DNA of 64,000 bases. It comes from a virus. The DNA lies in the IMG/VR virus record IMGVR_UViG_3300043446_001855, positions 7,502 to 71,501 of that record; one strand, given 5' to 3'. Position numbers and translations under genes: made by a program. Of the stretch, positions 1 through 10,238 are shown in pieces (position 1 is the first letter of the stretch; the number at the start of each line of letters is the position of its first letter). Under the pieces are notes generated by a model. The model was not told where the DNA came from, made no database searches, and saw only the letters and a program-made list of their open reading frames with translations.

Positions 1-732
1 AGAACTGCCAACGTCTGATGCGCCATCCGCTGTGTGCGTCACATCGACGCTAACAAAGTTTTTTATTGCGGCGAGCATTCCTTCCTGAGCGGACTTTGAC
101 GCTTTGAACTTCTTGTTGAAAGCAGTAAGCATTGTGCTTGGAAGATCTTGCGGCAGATCACCTATGGCTATACCGGCAGCGTCAACGTTACCGATCTCAA
201 TCAGGAAGTCGTGCAGCAATTGACCCATGCCCGCGTCTCTTGGAACGTTTCCAGAGTCTTGATTGCCTGTTCCTAATGCTTCCGGATTATAGAAAGCGTC
301 AAGATTACCATTGCCTCTTGGCACCCAGCCTTTCTCCGCCAACCAATTGAGGAAGCCAACACCCGGATCGAAGTGAGAGTAGAGGAATTGCTTAAGGGTG
401 CACGTCGCAGTGATCTCAATCTCGCCGGGATACGCCTGAAAGTACGGGATTGAATCTATGAAACCGGTGAATACCTGAACTGGTCTTCCAGCATATCTCT
501 GCAACCAAATCGTAATCCCGTCCATTGGATAGAACATCGGGTTGAATTTACCCGTGTACTTCCAGTCATCATTTCTCAATGTTATGTTGGCTTTCGACGG
601 CTGATTGATGAGTCGCTGAACGCTGCCGGCAGATACGTCGTTGCTGACATCGACTGTCTCTCCGGTCTTGCGAGAATAGATAAATACATACGCTTTAGGA
701 GCGTAGACGACTCTTCTTAGCGGACCGGACAT
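1..732 (-). CDS. baseplate hub-like virion protein, truncated at the window start
   Basis: Not in the ORF track. Its ATG overlaps the TAA of the upstream gene (TAATG at 730-734). Reads MSGPLRRVVYAPKAYVFIY...VDVSNDVSAGSVQRLINQPSKANITLRN...VQVFTGFIDSIP and stays open to position 1. Lies after the tape measure/hydrolase genes. Confidence 0.6.
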   Translation of the reverse strand, partial: MSGPLRRVVYAPKAYVFIYSRKTGETVDVSNDVSAGSVQRLINQPSKANITLRNDDWKYTGKFNPMFYPMDGITIWLQRYAGRPVQVFTGFIDSIPYFQAYPGEIEITATCTLKQFLYSHFDPGVGFLNWLAEKGWVPRGNGNLDAFYNPEALGTGNQDSGNVPRDAGMGQLLHDFLIEIGNVDAAGIAIGDLPQDLPSTMLTAFNKKFKASKSAQEGMLAAIKNFVSVDVTHTADGASDVGSS

Positions 733-1574
733 TAGCCTTGGTTTCCTCCCGGGCCACCCGGTATCGCGTCAAACGCTTCGCCGTACCCAGAGTCTGTCGT
801 TGGATTACCCCTGCTCACCTTTGCGCCATCAAGGTTGTAGCCTTTGCCAATTGAGTTCTTGAACTCCTGACTATAATCCTTGACTGGCGTGACAGGCGCT
901 TCCATAAGATCTTTGTCCGGGAAGTAACTTATCACGGCAAAACTTATTTCTATCTCTGGGTTGTAGATTCCTTTAGTGTGGCCCGCTCTTATTGCCATAG
1001 GGTATCCGTCAAATGAAACCGAATTATACTTGAAGTATGTGTATTGTCCGCTGGGATCGGCCTTCGGTGGAGGGTTGTCTCTTTCTCCTCTACCGTTTAC
1101 AAACTTTGCTGGTGGCATATAAAAACGAACTATGTCCACCTCTGTTGGGCTTTTTGTTGTGCCGGGGACAATCGCATTTGATTGAAAGTACAAAAGTTTC
1201 TCGACAATCTCATCGTAGTGAGCCTGACTTGCGGTCTGCGCCTTGATTGTGATGTTGGGATAGCGAGCGTGTCTCGGGTAAAACGATTTGCCAAATGCGG
1301 TTTGAGAGGACCTGTAATCCATTGACCAAGCAATGTTAAATTCATGAACCCACAATCGAAGAATGTTCTTTCTATTGTCGTCGTTCATTGACGGCTGCAC
1401 ACCAGCGGTATGGAGGATTAGATAAGCGTCGGATGGAGATTTCGGTCTTAGACGAACATCTGGGAAGTGCCCCTTGCCAGTGCTGCTCCACCTGTTCCCG
1501 GTGTTTGTTTTGTCGGTTACCTTTTGATTAGGAATAACAGGATCGAGTCCACCATATTTGATCTCATCAGCCAT
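732..1574 (-). CDS. putative tail/baseplate protein
   Basis: 280 aa, translationally coupled on both sides within the tail module. Confidence 0.5.
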   Translation of the reverse strand: MADEIKYGGLDPVIPNQKVTDKTNTGNRWSSTGKGHFPDVRLRPKSPSDAYLILHTAGVQPSMNDDNRKNILRLWVHEFNIAWSMDYRSSQTAFGKSFYPRHARYPNITIKAQTASQAHYDEIVEKLLYFQSNAIVPGTTKSPTEVDIVRFYMPPAKFVNGRGERDNPPPKADPSGQYTYFKYNSVSFDGYPMAIRAGHTKGIYNPEIEISFAVISYFPDKDLMEAPVTPVKDYSQEFKNSIGKGYNLDGAKVSRGNPTTDSGYGEAFDAIPGGPGGNQG

Positions 1575-3601
1575 TACTTCTTCACCTGCTTATAGACCTC
1601 GGCGAGGAATGTTTCGGGATTTCCAGACTCTCCTTCGCCATAGACACCGCCCTTCATTCCAAAGTGAAGATGACTGGCGCAACCGATAAGACTGCCGTTT
1701 TCGATATAGCCAAGAAGTTGTCCCTTCTTGATTTTTGCGCCCTGCTTGATTTCAGGACCAGCGTATCCTCTCTTCATGTGCTGATAGAAGAAGTAGCCAT
1801 ACTTCGTTCTCAGATGCAGACGAGCACCATATACTGTTCCGTTTGGTTCCGTGTATCCGAATCCGTCGGTAGTAATTTCTCCATCCGCAACAGCGTAGAC
1901 AGGGGTCCCGGCGTCCCTAAAGAGATCACAGGCGTTGTCTGATTCCCAATTTTTAAGTTGTCTGCTCATGTGATCGGCAACACCACCAGACCATTCCCCA
2001 GACCTCGGATTTGGAAGCGGGTAGGCAACGTCCTGCCCAACTGCAGGCGCTCCTCCACCGGTCCCCAAGTTGCCACTAATCGCTTGCTGATCATACTGTT
2101 GAGGATTCTTTAGATACTTGTCGACTGCGGCTTTTGCTTTTGCATCGATGCTTGAGTACTGAGACTTTCCATGTGCCACCCAAGAATCCCAACTCTCATT
2201 CCAATTAAGGTATATGATTGCCATGGCTTTTGCGTTGGCAAGAGGATCGTCAAGCATTTTCTGATGATTTTTGTTATCAATGTTTGCTTGAACACTTTCT
2301 TTCCAAGGTTCCGACTTTGCGGTTGGCGAGGTTCTGGATACGTTTTCGCCGCAGGCGACACGAATCTCATTCGGGTGCCAATAGTTATTGATCTGCCATA
2401 AGCCTAGATCGTAACTCGCAGAAGATCCTCCCGATGATTCGGTCGGCATCTTGTTTGCATCTCCGGCGATGTAGGATGCGTAGTCCTCTTGACCGCCGTC
2501 GCCGTTGTAATTGATTGACTGAGTGTTCCATCCGGATTCGCCGTAAGCAACCTTAACAGCCTCGACAAGAACGTTTCTATTCTTGGCCAATGAGTTCTCG
2601 CCGATTTGTTTGAAACCGTTTGCCGCAAGCGCAGCAACAAGTTCTGGCTCAAGAGTCCCGCTCAAACTGCTGGTTCCTCCGGGAGTCTCAAGCGCACCAC
2701 CGGCTCCAGTTCCTGTTGTCCCGGAGAACGGTGTCGAACTTCCGAATGTCTCCTCATATATCGACTGAGCGTCTTGAACCGGATCGGCGATGGGATTGTT
2801 CTGTAGTTGCTCTATCCCGCCTGTGGCCCAAGAAGCGATCATCGAATCAAAGTTCTCAGCGATCTTTCCTCTTCTGCCGTCAGCGAACTCTGTGAGATTC
2901 CCAAATGGATTGCTGGATTTACTGAAGTTTCTTGGACCGCGAACGGCTTTCTTGACTTTGATATAGGTTTTTGAATTGATTGGCTGATTGAGAACGCTTG
3001 CCCATTGATCTGTCCTCTGTTCGCCCAAGGCATAACGATCATTCTCTGAAACGATCTCCGCAGTGATAGACCACTGTGGGGCGACGATATCTCGTGAGAA
3101 GCGAATGTCCTGAACGTCTGTGACCATTATTATGAATGACCAACTTCTAGCCGGGTACACGAACTTAAGGAACTTTTGGTGCCTCTCCTTGTTGACCCAA
3201 CCGGTTGTGTACTGAATGTATCCACGGAAGTAATTCGCAATGCTCATCATCTCATGATAGTTGCGGCATGTTCCTTTAATTGTCATCTTGTCGGCGAATG
3301 TGGATAGAATCTGAACAACCTCTCCACCGTAGGTCGGGACCCTCTTCATGTTCATCCCGTAGCCCCAAGTGATCTCGTCTGCACCGGTTGGGATTAATAG
3401 ACCATCGTAAGCAGATGACGGGTTAAAAGACTTCATCCATTGCTTGAAGTCGTTGTCATCACCCGCAGGAGTAAACGAAAGGCCGATGTTGTATTCGTTA
3501 TAGCCAATAACGTTTCCCGATTTATCGCGAACAATCTCTCCCGGATTGGTTAGCGCAGCACGATTAAGTGGCTGGTTCTCATGAAAATACTTACGTTCCA
3601 T
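1574..3601 (-). CDS. tail-associated peptidoglycan hydrolase (structural N-terminus + lytic transglycosylase + M23 peptidase)
   Basis: SLT-like motifs AYGESGWN and DLGLWQIN. M23 motifs DLF..GTPVYAVADG, YQHM and HLHFG. Confidence 0.8.
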   Translation of the reverse strand: MERKYFHENQPLNRAALTNPGEIVRDKSGNVIGYNEYNIGLSFTPAGDDNDFKQWMKSFNPSSAYDGLLIPTGADEITWGYGMNMKRVPTYGGEVVQILSTFADKMTIKGTCRNYHEMMSIANYFRGYIQYTTGWVNKERHQKFLKFVYPARSWSFIIMVTDVQDIRFSRDIVAPQWSITAEIVSENDRYALGEQRTDQWASVLNQPINSKTYIKVKKAVRGPRNFSKSSNPFGNLTEFADGRRGKIAENFDSMIASWATGGIEQLQNNPIADPVQDAQSIYEETFGSSTPFSGTTGTGAGGALETPGGTSSLSGTLEPELVAALAANGFKQIGENSLAKNRNVLVEAVKVAYGESGWNTQSINYNGDGGQEDYASYIAGDANKMPTESSGGSSASYDLGLWQINNYWHPNEIRVACGENVSRTSPTAKSEPWKESVQANIDNKNHQKMLDDPLANAKAMAIIYLNWNESWDSWVAHGKSQYSSIDAKAKAAVDKYLKNPQQYDQQAISGNLGTGGGAPAVGQDVAYPLPNPRSGEWSGGVADHMSRQLKNWESDNACDLFRDAGTPVYAVADGEITTDGFGYTEPNGTVYGARLHLRTKYGYFFYQHMKRGYAGPEIKQGAKIKKGQLLGYIENGSLIGCASHLHFGMKGGVYGEGESGNPETFLAEVYKQVKK

Positions 3602-5841
3602 TACCCGACCTTAGTGCCACCGTAGTTGTATCTATCTGTCGGTGGATTGCTATCGACATAGTCTGAGCCGAACGACAACTTGAAGTACTTCTTGGCTTCA
3701 TCGGACAGATCTATTGTTCCGTCTTTACTGTCCTTTGATGTGTTTGCCCCAATATCTTGAGAGTACTTCTTGAGGAGGTTCCATGTCTCAATGCCTTGCT
3801 TGCCGCCCAGTTCGTCAAGTTGCTTCTGAAAGTCTTCGTATGCATTGGGATCTTGAGCCTTTAGTGCGCTCTCAATGGTACTAATTGGTTCCTCGTACAA
3901 GGATTGAATGTCGCTACCAGTAGACCTGTAAAGGTCTACGTTCTTGCCGCGAATCATTTGCGAAGTAACAACATCTCTTGTTGGTATGTTGCCGCCTCGA
4001 CCACCATATCTACCGGCAAACACAGGAACCTTTTTGGTTCTTGCTTTGCCCAGTTGCGTATCAGAAAACGCTCCCGTGAGGGCTGACGCGCCTTGGAAAT
4101 CATTTAGCCCTTGATCGTAGAGTTTCTGCATATCATCTGGGGACAGGCCAGTCATTGACGAAGCGACCATAACTTGCAGTGCGCCCTGATCGGTAAGGCG
4201 ATACTCAGCAAACTCGTCTCCAGTCATATCACCGACAGTCTGCTTGAGTGTTTCTGCAGCAGTGATCTGAAGTTGTGATGCTTGCTGACTGGCAGAGAAG
4301 TAACTGACTCCAAGCCTACTCGCCGTCTGTGCAGTGATTAATGCGTTTTGACCACCAGCGATTCCCATCATTCCGGGAGGCGCACCTGCGGCCTGTGCGG
4401 AGATCAAAGCCTGACTGATCTCCGTCTTCGTCCTCATGTTGTAGGGTGACTGGCTTACTGCTTCTGTCGTTTGCTGAACTGCCTGCGCCATCTGCTGAAG
4501 GCTCATACGAGATGCTGCTGCCGCCTTGGGAAGATCGTCTCTCAGCATCTTTGTGAGTTTCCCAAGTTCATCTTCTGTGCCGCCCTGACGTAAGAACTGC
4601 TCATAGAAGGGAGCAAGAGCGGACGTATCTAATTGTGTCTGCTCGATCACGTCGGTCATTGACTTGTAGTATTCGCCATACATGTTCTCGGATCCGGGGC
4701 CACCGACACCCATACCTTCAAGCGCTGCGCGAGCGGCTGCTGTTTGCTGACCGCTCAGTCCCATCGAGAAGAGGGCATCCATTCTCGTTTGAAGACTTCT
4801 GTTCATCGAAACCTGAGCGCCAGCGCTGAATGGGTTGTAACTAAACCCGTAGCCCAATCCTGCTGCGCTTCTGGCGGGATCGTAGAGAGTATTGGCCGCA
4901 TCATATGCAACCTGTCCTGCGGTTATAGCGGTCCCAATTGGTCCCGACAATAGACGCGCTCCACCCATCAGGGCACCACCGGCACCAAATCCAACGCGAC
5001 TTGCAAGACCGCCGAGCGCTCCCATGACTCCTGTTCCGCTAGAAAGAGTTTTGGCTGCGCTACGAATGAGAGGGCTTTCGCTATTCATCAGCATCTCAAG
5101 GCTTTGTCCACGCCCTAGTAGATGATTAACGATATCCTCTCTTGCTTTTCCTGCCCCCTCCGCTGTTCGGAATTCCCCCTTGGCTAATTTGATTTGCCGT
5201 GCTCTGAGTTTAGGATCCCCCGTAACCTCTTGGTTTAGAATCAAATCATCAAGCACTCCCGGAGCAAGGATCGCTTGTTTTTGTTCTGGCGATAGCGCCC
5301 CCAGTCCGACACCAGAGGAATAGGGAATCATTCTTCCTTGCGCATCGTATGCTTTTGAACCCTCGGGTCTGTATCTAACCGAGGCCTGTCTAATCAGTTC
5401 ACCAAAAGCATACGCTCGTGTGGTTCCGCCGCCTGAAAACGCTCTTCCAAAACTCGCAAAAGGTAACGCCTTCTCCGGATCTGGCAACCCAGAAGCCATA
5501 AGAGTTTTGAACAGACCGCTGACACCGCTTCCACCAGCACGAGATATGCGAGTATATTCTTCTTGCCAAAGTTCTGAAATGCTATCGTAGCCACGGTCTT
5601 TTGCATATCTCTTTAGGTCTGCTCTTCCAGACGGGGTCACAAATCCTTCTTCTTTTGCCGCCCTCTCATACATGCGAAGTTTTGCAGCGGGAACCTTCTG
5701 AAGCGCATCCTTTTGTTCGTCAACGTTTCCGGACAGTGTCTTAATAGCGGTACTCAGGTTTTGAACCTGAGAGCGGAGTTCTTTAATTACTTTTACAAGA
5801 GCGTCGTCTGACCCATGAGGAGGATTGATCGGTTCAGCCAT
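3601..5841 (-). CDS. tape measure-like protein
   Basis: 746 aa, Ala/Gly/Gln-rich and helical-looking, directly downstream of the tail chaperone pair. Confidence 0.65.
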   Translation of the reverse strand: MAEPINPPHGSDDALVKVIKELRSQVQNLSTAIKTLSGNVDEQKDALQKVPAAKLRMYERAAKEEGFVTPSGRADLKRYAKDRGYDSISELWQEEYTRISRAGGSGVSGLFKTLMASGLPDPEKALPFASFGRAFSGGGTTRAYAFGELIRQASVRYRPEGSKAYDAQGRMIPYSSGVGLGALSPEQKQAILAPGVLDDLILNQEVTGDPKLRARQIKLAKGEFRTAEGAGKAREDIVNHLLGRGQSLEMLMNSESPLIRSAAKTLSSGTGVMGALGGLASRVGFGAGGALMGGARLLSGPIGTAITAGQVAYDAANTLYDPARSAAGLGYGFSYNPFSAGAQVSMNRSLQTRMDALFSMGLSGQQTAAARAALEGMGVGGPGSENMYGEYYKSMTDVIEQTQLDTSALAPFYEQFLRQGGTEDELGKLTKMLRDDLPKAAAASRMSLQQMAQAVQQTTEAVSQSPYNMRTKTEISQALISAQAAGAPPGMMGIAGGQNALITAQTASRLGVSYFSASQQASQLQITAAETLKQTVGDMTGDEFAEYRLTDQGALQVMVASSMTGLSPDDMQKLYDQGLNDFQGASALTGAFSDTQLGKARTKKVPVFAGRYGGRGGNIPTRDVVTSQMIRGKNVDLYRSTGSDIQSLYEEPISTIESALKAQDPNAYEDFQKQLDELGGKQGIETWNLLKKYSQDIGANTSKDSKDGTIDLSDEAKKYFKLSFGSDYVDSNPPTDRYNYGGTKVG

Positions 5842-6188
5842 TACATATCCTCAATGTGGAAGCCGAAACTCTCAAGGGCTGAAAGCATGCTGTCGATGCC
5901 CTCCTGTGAGAAGCCGGGATTATCCGGATCAAGTTCCTCAATGCCTGCAATAAACTCATTGTTCTCATCAGACTGAGAGAAGATCTTTGCTGCAGCCTCA
6001 GGGAAAGCGAGAGCGGTCTGAACTTTGAATCGCATTGATTCTTTTTTGTTTTCATCCCGGATCTCTCCCTTGATTATTTCTTGCAAAGCCAGACGCTGTA
6101 GGTGATTCACATCACCTTTGAGGAGCCCTTGTCTTTCTAGGAGTCGGAAGAGGGCCTGCCAGTAGCCCGACTCCTCTATTATTTTCCC
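5841..6188 (-). CDS. tail assembly chaperone, -1 frameshift extension (GT-like)
   Basis: The -1 frame from GGGAAAA (6182-6188) is open (KIIEESGYWQALFRLLERQGLLKGDVNHLQR...) into ORF 5841..6110. Confidence 0.8.
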   Translation of the reverse strand, partial: GKIIEESGYWQALFRLLERQGLLKGDVNHLQRLALQEIIKGEIRDENKKESMRFKVQTALAFPEAAAKIFSQSDENNEFIAGIEELDPDNPGFSQEGIDSMLSALESFGFHIEDM

Positions 6189-6670
6189 TTTAACTCTTGA
6201 AACGCATTGATCTGTCTGCCGAGTAGAAGTTCGTAGTGTTCATACAGATCATTTATGATCACCCAATACCATTTGTTTCTTATGTACTGAAATTTCTGTC
6301 TGATGTTGTTCTTGGCATCCGGTCCGAGAGATCTCATGAGTGGTCTGCCATCAATTGTTTCGATGGAGGCCGCAACTGTTGCCGTTGCAATCGCCTTAGC
6401 CTGTGCAAAGTTGCCATCATACGCACCACAAATTTCAGCGACTGCTAATTCTTCGCCAATTGTTAGTGTTCTCATGACAAAAGTGTGGCCGGCCAATTCG
6501 ATTTCTTTAAAAATTCGACCGTTTGTAAGCAAGTTTTCAATGTCGCTCTTTAAAGAGGGCTCTATTTCCTCTTCATTTTGAAAATCTTGTTCCTCTTCTG
6601 TTACCGAAGCCTCATCAAAGTACTGATCTATCGCACCATCAAAGACTTCAGAAAAAAGATCGTTTTGCAA
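6179..6670 (-). CDS. tail assembly chaperone (G-like)
   Basis: Between tail tube and tape measure; FVMRTLTIGEEL motif; ends G-K-stop over the slippery site. Confidence 0.8.
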   Translation of the reverse strand: MQNDLFSEVFDGAIDQYFDEASVTEEEQDFQNEEEIEPSLKSDIENLLTNGRIFKEIELAGHTFVMRTLTIGEELAVAEICGAYDGNFAQAKAIATATVAASIETIDGRPLMRSLGPDAKNNIRQKFQYIRNKWYWVIINDLYEHYELLLGRQINAFQELKGK

Positions 6671-6717
6671 AATGGTTACCTCATACCTTATGTCACCGAT
6701 GTTTATGGCATGATAGC

Positions 6718-6749
6718 AAAAAAAGAGCCGCCTCTAAGGGCGGCTCTTT
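6718..6749 (-). terminator. Rho-independent terminator after tail tube
   Basis: GAGCCGCC/GGCGGCTC stem with a T-tract on the minus strand. Confidence 0.8.
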
Positions 6750-6769
6750 AACTAACGATGTTTGTATTA

Positions 6770-7399
6770 CTATTGATCTTGGAAGCCGCCGCGATAGGCG
6801 TCATCGCTTGGATAAAGCGTTGTGCCCCATCCGCCGACTGATGCGCCGATAGCGCCGACATCGTTGCCTGTGCGAGTAGCATGCGTGTATGCGATAGTAA
6901 CGTTCTTTACGATTTCCATTGTGCGAACATCGACTGTTTCACCATCATCGATGGCAGTGATGACGCAGTTGTGATAGATCTCACCGTATGGTTTGAGTTC
7001 TGTATCGCCCTGAAGATTCTGCGGAGGGATAATCATCTTGAGGGCATTGATGGGCGTGGAGGTTGACGCCATTGCAAAGAACACATCTGCAAGATCGTTA
7101 GCAGGCTTTGCGCTTTCGCCAAGGGCTGCCTTGATTAGACGATCCCAGACCTTAGTCTTGTAGAGTTCTAGGAGGCCGACATCAAGATAGCCTTCGGTGA
7201 TCGCACCCGGAGTAATGATCTGGAGCGGGTAGCGAGCATCCATGGGCTGAATCGGCACAGGATTTGTTACTGGTGAGGGTGAACGAACCGTTACGTTTTG
7301 AGCGAAGCCGATGACTTTGCCGTTCCAATAGAAGGCGGTAAACCCAGAGCCGCCGACGCGGAACTTTTGACGAGTGCTGTATGATAAATTATCTGCCAT
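6770..7399 (-). CDS. tail tube protein
   Basis: 209 aa following the sheath; RVGGSGFT..., YHNCVITAIDDGE pattern of Bxz1-like tubes. Confidence 0.75.
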   Translation of the reverse strand: MADNLSYSTRQKFRVGGSGFTAFYWNGKVIGFAQNVTVRSPSPVTNPVPIQPMDARYPLQIITPGAITEGYLDVGLLELYKTKVWDRLIKAALGESAKPANDLADVFFAMASTSTPINALKMIIPPQNLQGDTELKPYGEIYHNCVITAIDDGETVDVRTMEIVKNVTIAYTHATRTGNDVGAIGASVGGWGTTLYPSDDAYRGGFQDQ

Positions 7400-7409
7400 A
7401 TTCTATTCC

Positions 7410-9467
7410 TTATTGGCCAGTAATAGTCCCGCTGGCGGAGTCGATTGAGAGAACAACTTCGATATTGTTGACCGCATATGGCAGAGCATATGTGAATCGA
7501 ACGGTCATTGAGGTCGGCGAATTACCATTCTTGCTGGCAGAAACGCCGTTGTAAGACGCGATTGCCCCACTGTTTCTGAGGTATTCAAGAACACTGCTCA
7601 CTGCGGTTGAGACAATGAACGGAGCGCGATTGTCATTGATGATGCGACCGATGATGTTCTCATCGAGGTTTCTTCTAATGCTTTCGATCATGAAGAACTT
7701 GGAGCGCATTGCATTGAGTTCGCGCTTTGTCTCGTCACCGACAGCGGTGGTGATGGCATGTCGTACACGCACAACACCGTTCTTTGTTTCAAGAACCATG
7801 AGCCCGTATGAGGCGTCGGTGTTCTTGTCTGTCTCGTTTCTGTAGATGGCCACGTCGCTGATACCGACAACAGTCTTGCGTGTCAACGAACTCTGGACAG
7901 CGTCTCTTGCAAGCATGCCTGCAAGACCGGCTGCAACATACTGACCACCGATATCTGATGTGCTACCGGTGACGGGGTTGACATACTTGAATGCCGACGG
8001 AGAGACAAGCGCGGTTCTTTCAGACAGCACCTGCTGAGAAAGAACTTGAGCATGCTCGCGTAGTGTCGCCATGGTCGGCAGATTTGCAGCGGTTGCCGTT
8101 GTGCTTGTGGAGTCCTCACCGAATAAGGCAATGACATATTCATTGTCCTGATTCATGTAAGAGATGTGACTCACAACTGCAGATTGAATCGAAGAGATTG
8201 TGGCGTTGGTGATTGTATCGTTCTGGCCGACAACCGGGACAAGAACATTGATCGACGTCTGACCCCTTAGAGACTGAAGCGTTGTCTCCCAGTCTGCGAC
8301 CGTCGATTCAGATCCTTCAATGCGAGTACCATCCTCGTTCTCCGTGTACAGAGCCTGCGTAATGATCTCGTTGGAGCCAGATCTAAAGCACATGTATGCC
8401 GCCGCAGACAGCGGGTTCGCAACACTACCACTCGAATCAAAAGCCGGACCATACTTGTTCTCAACTTCTTGCAGAGAAGAGAAGACTGTTGGGTAGTAGT
8501 AGTCTTGAGGGATGTAAGCGTAATCAATTCTAACATCCACGCTGTTTGTGACAAGACCCATTGTTGTCGGGCCGTCAACATTGCGAGTCATGGTGTAAGA
8601 TGTCGCCTCAAGGGCGCCTGGAGAAAACTCGAACTCAAAATCAATACCAGCATTGCCGTTTGTGCCTGCGGTGAACACCACAACATCGGCGGAAGAGTCA
8701 CCCATGTTTGATTGATTTCTTACAACGATTGAGGAAACGTCAACACCTTCTGACTCGTTGCTGAGTGTTGCGGCAGTTGTGCCCGTCAAAGTGACGAGTT
8801 CATCTGTGTAGGTGTTTGCGCCACTATTTGTGGTGTAGGTGACGTATACCGTCTGACCGCTCATGATGTGACAGTCTGCGGGATCGGGACCATACGCCGA
8901 GGCGGCTCTTGTGATTCTGCCGTTTGAAGAGTTGACCGTATAGTCTGTAGTCAAAGCGTACTTGCCGGCTCTCTGAACTGAAACGTCCAAATCGGTAGGG
9001 CTGGAACCACTACTGACGGTGACCTTGCCGCCATTGCTGGGTGTTACAGTCGAAGAAGCGTTACTGTAATTGAACGTAACGTTGTTGGTCGTAACACCAG
9101 ACGGATCTGTTGTCTTAGTAACACAGACAACGTTCTCTGTTGAGGTCATCGTCGTGTGCAAACTTCTCTTAATGCTTGTGACGCCATTGACTGTTGTCAA
9201 CGTGTAATCATAAGAAGAGCCGGATTCATAAACCGTGTTAAGAAGGTTCATGTCTCTTACGACAAATGTAGAAGCGGGCGAGGTCTGAACATTCACACCA
9301 GTCAAGGTGTACTCGTCGTTGTCTACGAGATGCACAACCTCACTGCGAACCTCATTGCCACGCGCTTTACCGACTAATCCCACGACTGTGGGGCGATCAA
9401 TAACAAGGGTCGTATTAGGTGTATCGACCTCTGTTATTAGAATTCCGGGTTTTTGATAACCAGCCAT
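7410..9467 (-). CDS. contractile tail sheath protein
   Basis: N-terminal YQKPGILITE. C-terminal sheath motifs AAGLAGMLA, SLTRK, VRVRHAITT and YALPYAVNNIEV. Confidence 0.9.
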   Translation of the reverse strand: MAGYQKPGILITEVDTPNTTLVIDRPTVVGLVGKARGNEVRSEVVHLVDNDEYTLTGVNVQTSPASTFVVRDMNLLNTVYESGSSYDYTLTTVNGVTSIKRSLHTTMTSTENVVCVTKTTDPSGVTTNNVTFNYSNASSTVTPSNGGKVTVSSGSSPTDLDVSVQRAGKYALTTDYTVNSSNGRITRAASAYGPDPADCHIMSGQTVYVTYTTNSGANTYTDELVTLTGTTAATLSNESEGVDVSSIVVRNQSNMGDSSADVVVFTAGTNGNAGIDFEFEFSPGALEATSYTMTRNVDGPTTMGLVTNSVDVRIDYAYIPQDYYYPTVFSSLQEVENKYGPAFDSSGSVANPLSAAAYMCFRSGSNEIITQALYTENEDGTRIEGSESTVADWETTLQSLRGQTSINVLVPVVGQNDTITNATISSIQSAVVSHISYMNQDNEYVIALFGEDSTSTTATAANLPTMATLREHAQVLSQQVLSERTALVSPSAFKYVNPVTGSTSDIGGQYVAAGLAGMLARDAVQSSLTRKTVVGISDVAIYRNETDKNTDASYGLMVLETKNGVVRVRHAITTAVGDETKRELNAMRSKFFMIESIRRNLDENIIGRIINDNRAPFIVSTAVSSVLEYLRNSGAIASYNGVSASKNGNSPTSMTVRFTYALPYAVNNIEVVLSIDSASGTITGQ

Positions 9468-9530
9468 TCGTTTAAGTTGTCTCCAATCAAAAATTATACG
9501 TCAGCAACGGTCAGATTAATTGGGTATCCG

Positions 9531-10238
9531 TTATGAAGAAGCAATTCCTCTACCCTTTACATAGAAGGGATCGGGTGTATTACTACCAAACAATTCCAAT
9601 AGTTTTTCTTGCTCTTCTTCAAAGGCCTGACCGCCGTATACGACGATGTGATCAATGTAGTTAGTTATATCATCTTCAGTGAGCGTGCTATAGAAGCCGC
9701 CACTGCATGCAATTGTATATCCGGTTTGGTATACAAGAAGATCTTCTGAGCCCCAGAGGGTGCTCATTGTCGTGTCACCTGTGCCAGACAGGTAATCCGA
9801 ATGTAGCGATATCTGTGCGGAATCGCTGATGTTTTCATACAATGTTTCAAAAAACTTGTTGAGAAGATTGTCGAATCTTCCAAACGCCAGCAGTTCCATG
9901 ACGCTGTCTGAGAGGATGTCGAGATCTAGCGGCGACAGTGCATAGCATGTCATCTCTATACTTCCTTCGAACATGAAATGCTTTGTTCTATTGGTGAGGA
10001 AGTTGTCATCATAGATCTCCTCAAAGTGAGCGACACCAGCGTTCTTAACATGAGATTCGTTGTATGAAACGATTACCGCAGGGAACTGCTCTCTCTTTAG
10101 AGGGAACGCGGTAGACACATAAAGGTCTCTTAATTGCGGATCCGGATACTCTGCAGAGAATACAGTTCTCATCGCAGAGACAAGGGTTCGCTTTATTAGG
10201 CGCTTGTATTGTACTGCTGGTTCTGGTCTTAAAGGCAT
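9531..10238 (-). CDS. tail terminator / neck-type protein
   Basis: Directly upstream of the sheath; FPAVIVSY motif. Confidence 0.55.
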   Translation of the reverse strand: MPLRPEPAVQYKRLIKRTLVSAMRTVFSAEYPDPQLRDLYVSTAFPLKREQFPAVIVSYNESHVKNAGVAHFEEIYDDNFLTNRTKHFMFEGSIEMTCYALSPLDLDILSDSVMELLAFGRFDNLLNKFFETLYENISDSAQISLHSDYLSGTGDTTMSTLWGSEDLLVYQTGYTIACSGGFYSTLTEDDITNYIDHIVVYGGQAFEEEQEKLLELFGSNTPDPFYVKGRGIASS

